The translations under genes and the position numbers were made by a program. From positions 29,110 to 93,109 of the forward strand of contig JAWKHP010000003.1 in the NCBI GenBank assembly GCA_041394745.1: a stretch of DNA of 64,000 nt. Direction: 5' to 3'. Shown here piece by piece: positions 8,875-17,562 of the stretch (the stretch's first letter is position 1; every line of letters starts with the position of its first letter). This stretch comes from Thermoanaerobaculia bacterium (lineage in GTDB: Bacteria > Acidobacteriota > Thermoanaerobaculia > Multivoradales > JAHEKO01). A model generated the notes under the pieces. It saw only the letters and a list, made by a program, of their open reading frames with translations, was not told where the DNA came from and did no database searches.

Positions 8875-10701
8875 GTGCCGTCACAGACCCTGCCCGACAC
8901 GGTCGGGCGCTACGAGATCGTCGCGGAGATCGGCCGCGGCGCGATGGGGCGCGTGTTCCGCGCCCGGGATCCGAACGTGGATCGCGAGGTCGCGGTCAAG
9001 GTCATGGCCTCGCCCTTCCTGGCCGGGTCGGACGCGGAGGACGAGGAAGCGCGGCAGCGCTTCCTGCTCGAAGCCCGGGCGGCGGGCAGGCTCAACCACC
9101 CCGGGATCGTGATGGTGCTCGACGCCGACAGCGATCCGGCCACGGGAGCCCCCTACATCGCCATGGAGCTCGTCGAGGGCCGATCGCTCGACAACCTCCT
9201 GCATCAGTACCGGAGGCTCGTTCCGGCCCGGGCCGTCGATCTGGTCGCCCAGGCGGCGCGAGCGCTGGCGTACGCCCACGACCGCGGGCTCGTGCACCGC
9301 GACATCAAGCCGAACAACCTCCTGGTGGCGGATTCCGGGAGCGTGAAGATCGCCGACTTCGGCATCGCCAAGCTCCCGGCCGAGGCGCTGACGCTGCCCG
9401 GAAGCGTGCTCGGGAGCCCCGGCTTCATGTCGCCCGAGCAGGCTCGCGGCGAGCCGCTCGACGGCCGCTCGGACCTCTTCTCGCTGGGCTCGGTGCTCTA
9501 CCGGGCGCTCACCGGGGCCGAGCCCTTCGGTGGCGACGACATCCCCAGCGTTCTCTACAAGGTCGCGCACGTGGATCCCCGGCCGGCTCGCGACCGCGCG
9601 CCGGAGCTTCCCGAGTCGCTCGAGCGCGTGCTCGAGCGCGCCCTGGCCAAGGAACGCCGGCACCGCTTCCGCGACGGCCGGGAGAAGGCGGCGGCGCTCG
9701 ACGCCGTGGCCGTTGAGCTGGCGGGCGGGCCGCCGGCGGCCATCGCGCCGCCGCCGCGCCCTTGGGACCCGGGGGCCGCGGACCCGACGGCCGCGGACTC
9801 CTCACCGGGATCGACGGAGAGGCTCACGGACACGCCCGAGAGCTCGGAGAGCGACGCGGCGCCGGCGACGACCGGAGCCCGCCGCGAGGCGGAAGCTCCC
9901 GCCTCGCGGTCGAAATCCGGAGGCGGCGATCCGCGTCCGCGGAGCCGGGCACGGCACGCGGCCTGGCTGGCTGCGGCGGTGACGGTCGCCGTGGCGGCGG
10001 CGCTGCTCGTCTCGGCCCTCCACGACGGCTCGGCCGGACCGCCCGCTCCGCCCCCGACCGCCGAGGCGACGGCGAGCTCGTCGGAGCTCGAGGAGCTCGC
10101 GAGCGCCGACCGGGTGCCGCCGGCGGGAGCCGGCGCCGTCGACCGGCGCTCCGCCGGTGCCTCCGGCCGGTCCCCCGCCGCCTCTCCCCCTCCGGGAGGC
10201 CGGAGCCGCAGTGGGAGCCGGGATGGAGACGCCGCCGCCGGGCCCGGGCCTTCGTGGACCGTGCCGGAGAAGACCGGTGCCCGGGCCGCCGACGGGGAGA
10301 TCGCTGCGCCCGCACAGGCCGAGGCCGGCTCGCGCCGGCCGGAACACCGCGAGGAGTCGGAGAGCAAGGCGTCCGAGTCGGCGAGCCTCCACATCGTCTA
10401 CAACAACCGCCTCTCCTCCGGCAGTCTCGCCCTGCTGGTCGACGGTCGCACCGTCTGGTCGACGCGCGTCAGCAGCCCGCAGAGCGTGGCGCAGCGTTTC
10501 GCCGGCCGGGAGCGGCGCTACGTCGTCCGCGTTCCCGCCGGCGGCCACCTGCTGCAGCTGCGCCTCGTCGGGCGCGGACCCGGCATGGAGGTGAACGTGA
10601 GCGAGACCATCCGGGGCACCTTCCCCGCGGGGGGGCGGCGGGACCTGCGGGTGTCGCTCAACCCCCTCACCAACAACCTGAAGCTGTTCTGGACGAGCTG
10701 A
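8875..10701 (+). CDS. Hanks-type Ser/Thr protein kinase with one TM helix and a C-terminal extracytoplasmic beta-rich (PEGA-like) domain
   Basis: ORF 8875..10701 has a GTG start. It carries GRGAMGRV, VAVK, HRDIKPNN, DFG and SPE motifs, a TM segment AAWLAAAVTVAVAAALLVSAL, a low-complexity linker and a C-terminal domain. Confidence 0.75.
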   Translation: MPSQTLPDTVGRYEIVAEIGRGAMGRVFRARDPNVDREVAVKVMASPFLAGSDAEDEEARQRFLLEARAAGRLNHPGIVMVLDADSDPATGAPYIAMELVEGRSLDNLLHQYRRLVPARAVDLVAQAARALAYAHDRGLVHRDIKPNNLLVADSGSVKIADFGIAKLPAEALTLPGSVLGSPGFMSPEQARGEPLDGRSDLFSLGSVLYRALTGAEPFGGDDIPSVLYKVAHVDPRPARDRAPELPESLERVLERALAKERRHRFRDGREKAAALDAVAVELAGGPPAAIAPPPRPWDPGAADPTAADSSPGSTERLTDTPESSESDAAPATTGARREAEAPASRSKSGGGDPRPRSRARHAAWLAAAVTVAVAAALLVSALHDGSAGPPAPPPTAEATASSSELEELASADRVPPAGAGAVDRRSAGASGRSPAASPPPGGRSRSGSRDGDAAAGPGPSWTVPEKTGARAADGEIAAPAQAEAGSRRPEHREESESKASESASLHIVYNNRLSSGSLALLVDGRTVWSTRVSSPQSVAQRFAGRERRYVVRVPAGGHLLQLRLVGRGPGMEVNVSETIRGTFPAGGRRDLRVSLNPLTNNLKLFWTS

Positions 10702-11336
10702 TGCCCGCCATCCCCTGCCCGACCTGCGGAGCGCCGGTGGCCGTCGACGAGCGGGCCGAGGAGCGCACCTGGGTGACGATTCGCTGCGCTGCCTGCGGGG
10801 AGCGTATCCGCTACTGCGTCGGGAGCCCGGCGACGACCGCGCGCCTCGTTTTCGACGCCCCGATCGAGTACCCGCCCGGGACCCGACCCGGAGAGCTGGG
10901 CGAGGATGCGTTCTCGACCCTCTTCCACCCGCGCTCGGCCCTGCGCTACGACCCCGAGGACGCTGCGGAGGACCCGGCGTCCGACGGTACGGTCCGGGCG
11001 GATGCGGAGGACGTCCGGCCGCCGGACCTGCCCTCGGACGAGCCGGTCGGGTTCCTCGTGCTCGGCGCCCGGCCGGGCAGCGAGCGAGTGAGGCTCACCA
11101 GCGCGCGAACCGTCTTCGGCCGCCAGGGAGCCGACGTCGATCTCGACGACGCCGCCGTGTCGCGGCGGCACTTCCAGGTCGAAGCGGCGGGCAGCGAGTT
11201 CTTCATCCGCGACCTCGACAGCTCGAACGGCACGTGGGTCAACGGCCGGCGGATCCGCTACACCGAGCTCGCCGACGGTGACGAGGTGCGCGCCGGGCGC
11301 ACCTTTCTCGTCTTCCGGCTCCTCTCCGGTGCTTGA
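10701..11336 (+). CDS. FHA-domain protein with an N-terminal zinc ribbon
   Basis: The ATG at 10701 overlaps the kinase TGA (ATGA junction). The product has CPTCG...CAACG and FHA signatures (TVFGRQGADVDLDDAAVSRRHFQVEAAGSEFFIRDLDSSNGTWVNGRRI). Confidence 0.7.
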   Translation: MPAIPCPTCGAPVAVDERAEERTWVTIRCAACGERIRYCVGSPATTARLVFDAPIEYPPGTRPGELGEDAFSTLFHPRSALRYDPEDAAEDPASDGTVRADAEDVRPPDLPSDEPVGFLVLGARPGSERVRLTSARTVFGRQGADVDLDDAAVSRRHFQVEAAGSEFFIRDLDSSNGTWVNGRRIRYTELADGDEVRAGRTFLVFRLLSGA

Positions 11337-11356
11337 GGCGGCCGCGGGAGGAGGCC

Positions 11357-12130
11357 TCAGCCGTCGCAGTGGGCGCGGCCGTCGCCGGCGGCCGCGATGA
11401 CGATCCAGCCGAGCGTGCGCTCGAGCTCCAGGATCTCGGGCCGGTCCTGCAGGCACTCGAGGTCCGCCGAGATCTCCCAGGTCAGCTCCTTGTCCACGCC
11501 CTCGCGCAGCGCATGGTGCCGCGTCGTGTTGCGCGGCTGCGGGTCACAAGGCGCGGCGTAGCGATCGTGCGCGTCGCGGATCGCGGAGCGGAGACCGAAG
11601 ATCGCGTCGGCCTCGTCGAAGACGAGCGTGGCCGTGCAGGTCGCGGCCTCGGGGCCGACCGCGGTCCAGCGAGCCGTCCACGTGGCGCCGTCGACGACCA
11701 GGTCCCGGTAGGGACGATGGGCGTCGGCGGTCGCGATCTGTGACTCGAATCGGAACGCGGAGGGCGGCGGCAGGGGCTCGTTCCTCCCGCTGGCGGCGAG
11801 ATGGTCCGCGCGCAGGGAACGGGCGCGCCACACCAGAGCGCCGACGGTCAGCACGCCGAGGCCGACGACGAGCCAGGTCACCACGCGCAGCGTGCCGAGG
11901 GCCGTTCTCCACGCCACCAGCCCGGCGACCGCCCCGCCCAGGATCGCCCCCAGCAGCCCGTAGCCGAGGGCGATCGCGGGTCCCGCGAGACCGCTCCCCT
12001 CGGGCACGCAGCAGGCCGAGCCGATCGCGGTGCCGGCGGCCAGGCCGAGCAGCAGGCAGGCGCCGACCAGTGCCGCCACCAGCGGCCAGCGTCTCTCGGG
12101 GTGCGCGGCGGGCTCGACGCTCTGGGTCAT
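11357..12130 (-). CDS. hypothetical membrane protein (about 257 aa)
   Basis: The Met at 12130 within minus ORF 11357..12520 gives MTQSVEPAAHPERRWPLVAALVGACLLLGLAAG... with several hydrophobic helices and a soluble C-terminal part. Confidence 0.45.
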   Translation of the reverse strand: MTQSVEPAAHPERRWPLVAALVGACLLLGLAAGTAIGSACCVPEGSGLAGPAIALGYGLLGAILGGAVAGLVAWRTALGTLRVVTWLVVGLGVLTVGALVWRARSLRADHLAASGRNEPLPPPSAFRFESQIATADAHRPYRDLVVDGATWTARWTAVGPEAATCTATLVFDEADAIFGLRSAIRDAHDRYAAPCDPQPRNTTRHHALREGVDKELTWEISADLECLQDRPEILELERTLGWIVIAAAGDGRAHCDG

Positions 12131-12245
12131 GGGTGCTCGAAGTGTAACCTCACCGACGCCGTCGAACGAGGGCGGGCGCAACATACGCTCTCCGTCTCTC
12201 GTAGGGCCGGTCGAACCCGTTCTTCCACGACCCTGGAGCCCGTCG

Positions 12246-13902
12246 ATGAAGTCGATCCTCGCCATCGTGCTCGCGCTCGCGCCGGCCGGAGTCGACGCCC
12301 GGACACCTTCCGACCGTCTGGACGCTGCGGCTTGGCGGGAGGACCTCGCTGCCCTGGTGACGCACGTCACGGAGAAGCACCGCGAGCCGTTCCACGCACT
12401 GTCCCGGGCGGACTTCGACGCGGAGGTCGCAGCGATCGAGCGATCGATCGACGGGGCGGACGACGTGGCGGTCGTGCTCGGCATGGCGCGTCTGCTCGCC
12501 TCGATCGGCGACGGGCACACCCGGTTGACCCTGCCCGTCGATCCGGAGCAGCTCGGGTTGCGCCTCGGTCACGCCGACGACCCGGAGCCCGCGGCCGGCG
12601 TACCGCGCCTCGGTGTCCTGCCCGTGCGGCTCCGCTTCCTGGGCGAGGGTCTCTACGTCGTCGCGGCCTCGCCGGCCTGGAGTCGCCTGCTCGGGCGGGA
12701 AGTGGTGCGCGTGGGCACTGCGGAGGTCGACGAGGCGGTCGCCGCCGTCGCTCCATGGTGCCCGCACGACACGCCGTCCGGCCTGCGTCTGGCGGCCTCG
12801 ACCCGGTTCTCGATCCCCGCCGTCCTCGCGGCGGCCGGGATCGGCGACGCGCGAGATGCGGCGACGCTCGGAGTGCGCACCGCGTCGGGCGAGGAGGAGC
12901 CCGTGCGCCTCGGCGCCCTGGAATGGGGGGCCGAGGTCGAGTGGCACGAGCTCGGGTCCGCTCGGCACCCGGCGCCGGAGGGGCGGGAGGGGGAGTGGTA
13001 CTGGATCGAGCCGCTCGCCGATCGCGACGCGCTCTACGTGCGCGTCGACCGGCATCGAGGACCAGCCGGGTGCGCCGCGCGCGGCGCAGCTCGGCGAGCT
13101 CCTGGCGCTGGAGCTCGCGAGGCGGTCGCCGCGCAAGGTGATCGTGGACCTGCGAGCCAACCACGGCGGGGACGGCTCGCTGGCCCGCGCCCTGGTGCTG
13201 CCGCTGATCCGTTGGGAGGGCTCCGCCGAGCCGGGGCGCCTCTACACGCTGGTCGGCCCGGAGACGTTCTCGGCCGCCGTCCTGTTGCTCGACCGCCTGG
13301 AGCAGTGGACCCAGAACCTCCTGGTGGGAGAGGAGCCGGGCAGCGGGCCGGCGAGCTACGGCGACTCCGATCGCGAGATCCTCCCCAACAGCCGCCTCGT
13401 GGCGCGGGTCTCGACCCGCATCCACGTCGGCTGGACGGGGGGAGAGGCGCGACGCCGCTACGCCGTCGACCTCCCGGTCGCGCCGAGCATCGAGGACGTG
13501 CTGGCGGGACGCGACCCGGCGCTCGAGCGGGCGCTCGCCGAAGGGCCCCATGCGCTCGACGAACGGCTGGTGGCCTCCTACGAGGCTGCCGGCGTCGACG
13601 CCGCGCTGATGGTCTGGTACCGCGAGCGCACCGACCCGCGGACCGTCGCGGTCTCGACCGAAGCGCCGATGAACGCGCTGGCGGCGCACGTCCTGGAGGA
13701 CGGAGACGCCGGGCTCGCCGCGGCGCTCTTCGCCCTCAACCGGGGCGACTACCCGGACTCCGTCGACGCTTGGCGCGGCGAGGCCGAGGCGCAGCTCGCC
13801 GCCGGTGATGACGAGGCCGCGCGCGCCGCGCTCGACCGCGCCCGCCGGCTCGCCCCCGAGGACCCCGCGATCCTCGCCCTCGAGCAACGGTTGAACGACT
13901 GA
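12246..13902 (+). CDS. S41-family (C-terminal processing / tricorn-core-like) peptidase with a C-terminal TPR-like tail; apparent frameshift near 13055
   Basis: MKSILAIVLALAPAG starts at 12246 in ORF 12030..13808. After ...YVRVDR the frame continues in ORF 12613..13902 (VIVDLRANHGGDGSLARALVLPLIR..., S41 motif). Confidence 0.6.
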
Positions 13903-13918
13903 GATCCGCTACGGGGCG

Positions 13919-14941
13919 TCAGTCCTCGGCGCGGCGCGGGAAGACCGGCTGGATCCACGCCACGGCGCCGGTCGAGTCCTCCACGCGGGCACGCACGTAG
14001 AGCTCGTCGCCGCGGAAGGCGTAGCTCGGCTCGAGGCTCTCGTCGACCTTCAGCACCTCGCCGTCCCGGCCGACGAAGACGGTGCGGAAGCGCGTCGGGT
14101 TGCGCCCGGGCTCGAGCCATTCGACCTGGTCGTTCTCCTCGTCCAGACGCAGGCGGATCCCCTCCTCGTCGCTCTCCAGATCGAGCAGCCACACGCCGGT
14201 ACTGGCGTAGAAGTCGCCATCCTCGAGTGCGGCGAGCAAGGTCTCGGCGTCGAGCCGATCGGCACGCACCATGACCCAGGCCCGTCCGGGGTTCGCCCAC
14301 TCCGGGCCGAAGCGGTCGAAGTGGTGCGAGTCGTCCACCGCGACTCCGTAGAGACGGCGGCCGGTGGAGAGCACGCGATCCCAGATCTGCTCGGTCGAGG
14401 GTGAGCCGCCGCCGCCCAGGTTGTGCATCCCGGGCTCGGCGTTCCAGATCTCGAGCAGGGCGAACCCGTCGGCGGCGATCAGATCTTCGGCCGCGACCGC
14501 CCAGGTGAGGTTCGGGTGCGCCGCGATGGGGACGCCTCCCGCTGCGCGCACGGCTGCGGCGTCGGCGGTCACCACGTCTGCGACGGTCTCTCCGTCCTGC
14601 GGTCCTACGGCCGTCGCGACCCCGAGGCCGACGACGTCGACGATGCCGCCGTCCACCTCCTGCGACAGCTCGACGCCGGGCAGCACGAGGAACCGATCGG
14701 GCGAGCCGAGCAGGCCGTTGAGGGTCTCGACCGGCGTCAGGCGGTGGATGTCGGTCAAGGCGACGAACTGGTACCCGTGGTCGCGGTACCAACCGGCGAC
14801 CACGTCGGGCGAGGCCCGGTTGGTGTGGGCGTGCAGATTGCCCCGGTACCAGCGCTGCGGCTGGGCGGCCGCGCCGCCGGCGAGCGGAAGGGTGCCGACC
14901 CAGCCGGCCGCGAGGAGCAGCAGGGCGGAGGGGCCCCTCAT
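13919..14941 (-). CDS. PHP-domain metallohydrolase (CehA/McbA-like), secreted
   Basis: The Met at 14941 gives MRGPSALLLLAAGWVGTLPLAGGAAAQ, then YRGNLHAHTNRSPD...ALTDIH...AAHP...DDSHH, which are PHP histidine motifs. Confidence 0.6.
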   Translation of the reverse strand: MRGPSALLLLAAGWVGTLPLAGGAAAQPQRWYRGNLHAHTNRASPDVVAGWYRDHGYQFVALTDIHRLTPVETLNGLLGSPDRFLVLPGVELSQEVDGGIVDVVGLGVATAVGPQDGETVADVVTADAAAVRAAGGVPIAAHPNLTWAVAAEDLIAADGFALLEIWNAEPGMHNLGGGGSPSTEQIWDRVLSTGRRLYGVAVDDSHHFDRFGPEWANPGRAWVMVRADRLDAETLLAALEDGDFYASTGVWLLDLESDEEGIRLRLDEENDQVEWLEPGRNPTRFRTVFVGRDGEVLKVDESLEPSYAFRGDELYVRARVEDSTGAVAWIQPVFPRRAED

Positions 14942-15402
14942 TCGTGTCGCCGGTAGGTGCCCTCGAACATCGGGCTCCACTCCCGGGCGTCCTCGGAGCT
15001 CTCCATACGTACCCGCAGGGCGTCGTCGGTGGAGAGGTCGTAGGTCAGGCGGGCGTAGCCCATCGGATTGCGGCTGACCACGCTGACGACGTCGCCGTCC
15101 CACATGCCGCGGAACGTTTCGAGCCCCATGCCCAGCGAGTCGAGCCAGTGCAGGACGCACTCGTCCGTGCGCTGTTCCACCGTCCAGATGCCGTGGCCGG
15201 CGTAGGTGACCGCACCGTCGACCTCCTGTTCGTAGTCGCTGATCACCGCGAAGCCGTCGAGGGCCACGCGGGCGCTGATCCGGGCTCGAGCGGACCCTCC
15301 CTCGGGCATCCACGGCGAGGGAAACAGCGTCTCCTCGCCGCTCCACTCGCCGGCCAGGCGGGTGAGCGCGCGGTGTGCCTCGGTGGGTCGGGGGGTGTCC
15401 AT
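14938..15402 (-). CDS. DUF1579-family protein
   Basis: The Met at 15402 gives MDTPRPTEAHRALTRLAGEWSGEE..., the typical DUF1579 layout. Its stop overlaps the downstream PHP gene start (ATGA). Confidence 0.55.
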   Translation of the reverse strand: MDTPRPTEAHRALTRLAGEWSGEETLFPSPWMPEGGSARARISARVALDGFAVISDYEQEVDGAVTYAGHGIWTVEQRTDECVLHWLDSLGMGLETFRGMWDGDVVSVVSRNPMGYARLTYDLSTDDALRVRMESSEDAREWSPMFEGTYRRHE

Positions 15403-15617
15403 CGTCGTCTCCTCTCGTTCGACGCAGCCGCGTGCGGCGGTCGGAGCGCCGGGCTCGTCGAAACGTCGGGGACGCGGGTGCCGTCGCAGCGTACCAGCAC
15501 CCGCGGGCCGACGGCTGCGTGCGGTGTCACGAAGGATCTTTCGATCCCCGGCATCTCGGGACACCAGAGGCACCCCGCTCCGGGGCGCCGGCACATCGAA
15601 CGGAAGGAGCGCTCTGC

Positions 15618-16367
15618 ATGAATCACGAAGGGACTTCCACCCGAGGCCCGGGGAGGGCCGTCCTCGCCCTGCTGTTGCTGCTCACGCTGGCGGCCGGCGC
15701 GGCGAGTGCCGTCGGCTTCACCGACAGCTTCCGGGTTCGCGACTGCAGCTGGAGCTCGAAGGGAACGGCGAACCCCTACTTCAGCCTCCGGCCCGGAGAC
15801 CAGCTGATCCTCGAAGGGGACGACGAGGGCGAAACCGTGCGCAACGAGATCACCGTGCTGAACCGGACCGAGCGGATCACCTTCGACGTCGACGGCATGC
15901 CGGTCACGGTGCGGGCACGGGTGATCCGTGAGCGTGAGACGGCCGACGGCGAGCTGACCGAGATCTCACGGAACTTCTTCGCCCGCTGCCGTCAAACCAG
16001 CGACATCTACTACTTCGGGGAGGACGTCGACATCTACGAGGACGGCCAGGTGGTGAGTCACGACGGCGCCTGGCGAGCCGGAGAGGACGGCGCGATGCCC
16101 GGCATCGTCATGCCGGGCACGTTCCTGCTCGGCGCCAAGTACTACCAGGAGATCGCTCCTGAGTCCGAGGCCCTGGACCGCAGCCAGCACGTCGAGATGG
16201 GTATCGAGATGCCCACCCCGGCGGGGACCTTCAGCGACTGCGTGGGCGTGGTCGACACGACGCCCCTCGATCCCGAGTCCCGCGACGCCAAGGTCTATTG
16301 CCCGGGTGTCGGGCTGGTCATGGACGAAGCGATCGTCCTCATCGAGCACAACCGGGTTCACCCGTAG
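15618..16367 (+). CDS. hypothetical secreted protein (about 250 aa)
   Basis: The ATG at 15618 is preceded by ggaaggag. The signal peptide reads MNHEGTSTRGPGRAVLALLLLLTLAAGAASAVG. Confidence 0.5.
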   Translation: MNHEGTSTRGPGRAVLALLLLLTLAAGAASAVGFTDSFRVRDCSWSSKGTANPYFSLRPGDQLILEGDDEGETVRNEITVLNRTERITFDVDGMPVTVRARVIRERETADGELTEISRNFFARCRQTSDIYYFGEDVDIYEDGQVVSHDGAWRAGEDGAMPGIVMPGTFLLGAKYYQEIAPESEALDRSQHVEMGIEMPTPAGTFSDCVGVVDTTPLDPESRDAKVYCPGVGLVMDEAIVLIEHNRVHP

Positions 16368-16387
16368 CGGGCGCCGGCGCGCCGGGG

Positions 16388-17488
16388 CTACTCGCCGACG
16401 CGGTAGCCCTGGCGCGCCCGCACCGCGAAGTCGGGGTTCACCGTCTCGACCTCCACCTTCTGGTACCCCGACGCGTCCCGTGGATGGCGGGCGCGGTAGG
16501 AGAGCAGGTAGTAGCCGTTGTTGTCGCTGTCGATCTCCTCGAGCGGGGCCAGGAAGTTGACGAAGGTGAAGTAGTACTGGCCGCCGGTGTCCGCCGCCAG
16601 GCTGGAGAGCGAGCTGCCGTAGGGGCTCTGTTGCAGCCTGCCGCTGAAAGAGGTCGGCACCAGGTCGATGCCGTAGACGGCGACGTTGCCGTCGTTGAGC
16701 GCGCGGACCATGGGCGGGTAATACCGCGGGTCGGGTGTGTAGAAACCGAAGTCGTTGATCTCTCCGAAACCGAGGCCGAAGAAGACCAGGTTCTTGCGGC
16801 CGGGGATGGCGTGAGCCGCGTCGCCGAGCACCTGCAGGGCGCTCTGGATCCGTCGCGTCCGCCGAGCCAGCTCCTTGCCCTGGGGCAGCTGTGCGAGCAG
16901 GGAGGGCCCGTCGCTGGGGGTGCGTCGGGACGGCCAGTTGCCGTTCGCGTCGCGGCCGGAGGCGGCCGCCTCGATGGCGCGGTCCAGGACCTCCCGATCG
17001 GTCGTGAAGTCGGTGTGCACCTGCAGGTCTCGATCGTAGGAGACCACGGCGACCCAGTCGTTGGGTGACAGGCCGCCGACCCAGCGCCGGGCGCGGTCGC
17101 CGGCCTCGAGCTGTTGCGCCATCAGCCGCGGGAGGGTGCGCTGCAGGTCCTGGAAGAAGAGGATGAAGTAGCGATCGACCGGGACCGTCGAAACGTCCAC
17201 TCCCGTGGGCAGGGCGCCCCCGGCGGCGTCCAGGAAGCGGCGGTTGGAGTAGAACGTGGCACCCGTGAGCTCCACCGGCTCCCCGTCCTCGGTCACCCGG
17301 AAGTCGTTCTTGTCGAGGCCGACGATGACGTTGCCGTGGGAGTCGGTCACCAGCACGTCGAGGAGCACCTCGTCCACCTGGATCTCCTCCTCCAGAGTGG
17401 GCGTCTGCGCCGAGGCCGGCAGGGCCCAGGTGCCGAAAAGGCCGAGCGCCGCGGTCAGGGCGACTGTCAGGTGGCGGGTCGTGGTCAT
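16388..17488 (-). CDS. VWA-domain protein of the acidobacterial VWFA-related family (TIGR03436-like)
   Basis: The Met at 17488 gives MTTTRHLTVALTAALGLFGTWALPASAQ followed by EEIQVDEVLLDVLVTDSHGNVIVGLDKNDFRVTEDGEPVEL, the hallmark N-terminal motif of this family. Confidence 0.65.
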   Translation of the reverse strand: MTTTRHLTVALTAALGLFGTWALPASAQTPTLEEEIQVDEVLLDVLVTDSHGNVIVGLDKNDFRVTEDGEPVELTGATFYSNRRFLDAAGGALPTGVDVSTVPVDRYFILFFQDLQRTLPRLMAQQLEAGDRARRWVGGLSPNDWVAVVSYDRDLQVHTDFTTDREVLDRAIEAAASGRDANGNWPSRRTPSDGPSLLAQLPQGKELARRTRRIQSALQVLGDAAHAIPGRKNLVFFGLGFGEINDFGFYTPDPRYYPPMVRALNDGNVAVYGIDLVPTSFSGRLQQSPYGSSLSSLAADTGGQYYFTFVNFLAPLEEIDSDNNGYYLLSYRARHPRDASGYQKVEVETVNPDFAVRARQGYRVGE

Positions 17489-17562
17489 GGGGGTCCTTCC
17501 TCTCTCGTCGGTGAGGAAGAGGTGCAAAACCCCTGCCGTCCGGCCCGGTCGCCGTTGCCGCG

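Noticed and set aside
8881-10548. Minus ORFs 8881..9663, 9555..10394 and 9802..10548 opposite the kinase
   Set aside because: The kinase motifs are unambiguous on the plus strand. These minus-strand translations are Arg/Gly-rich noise.
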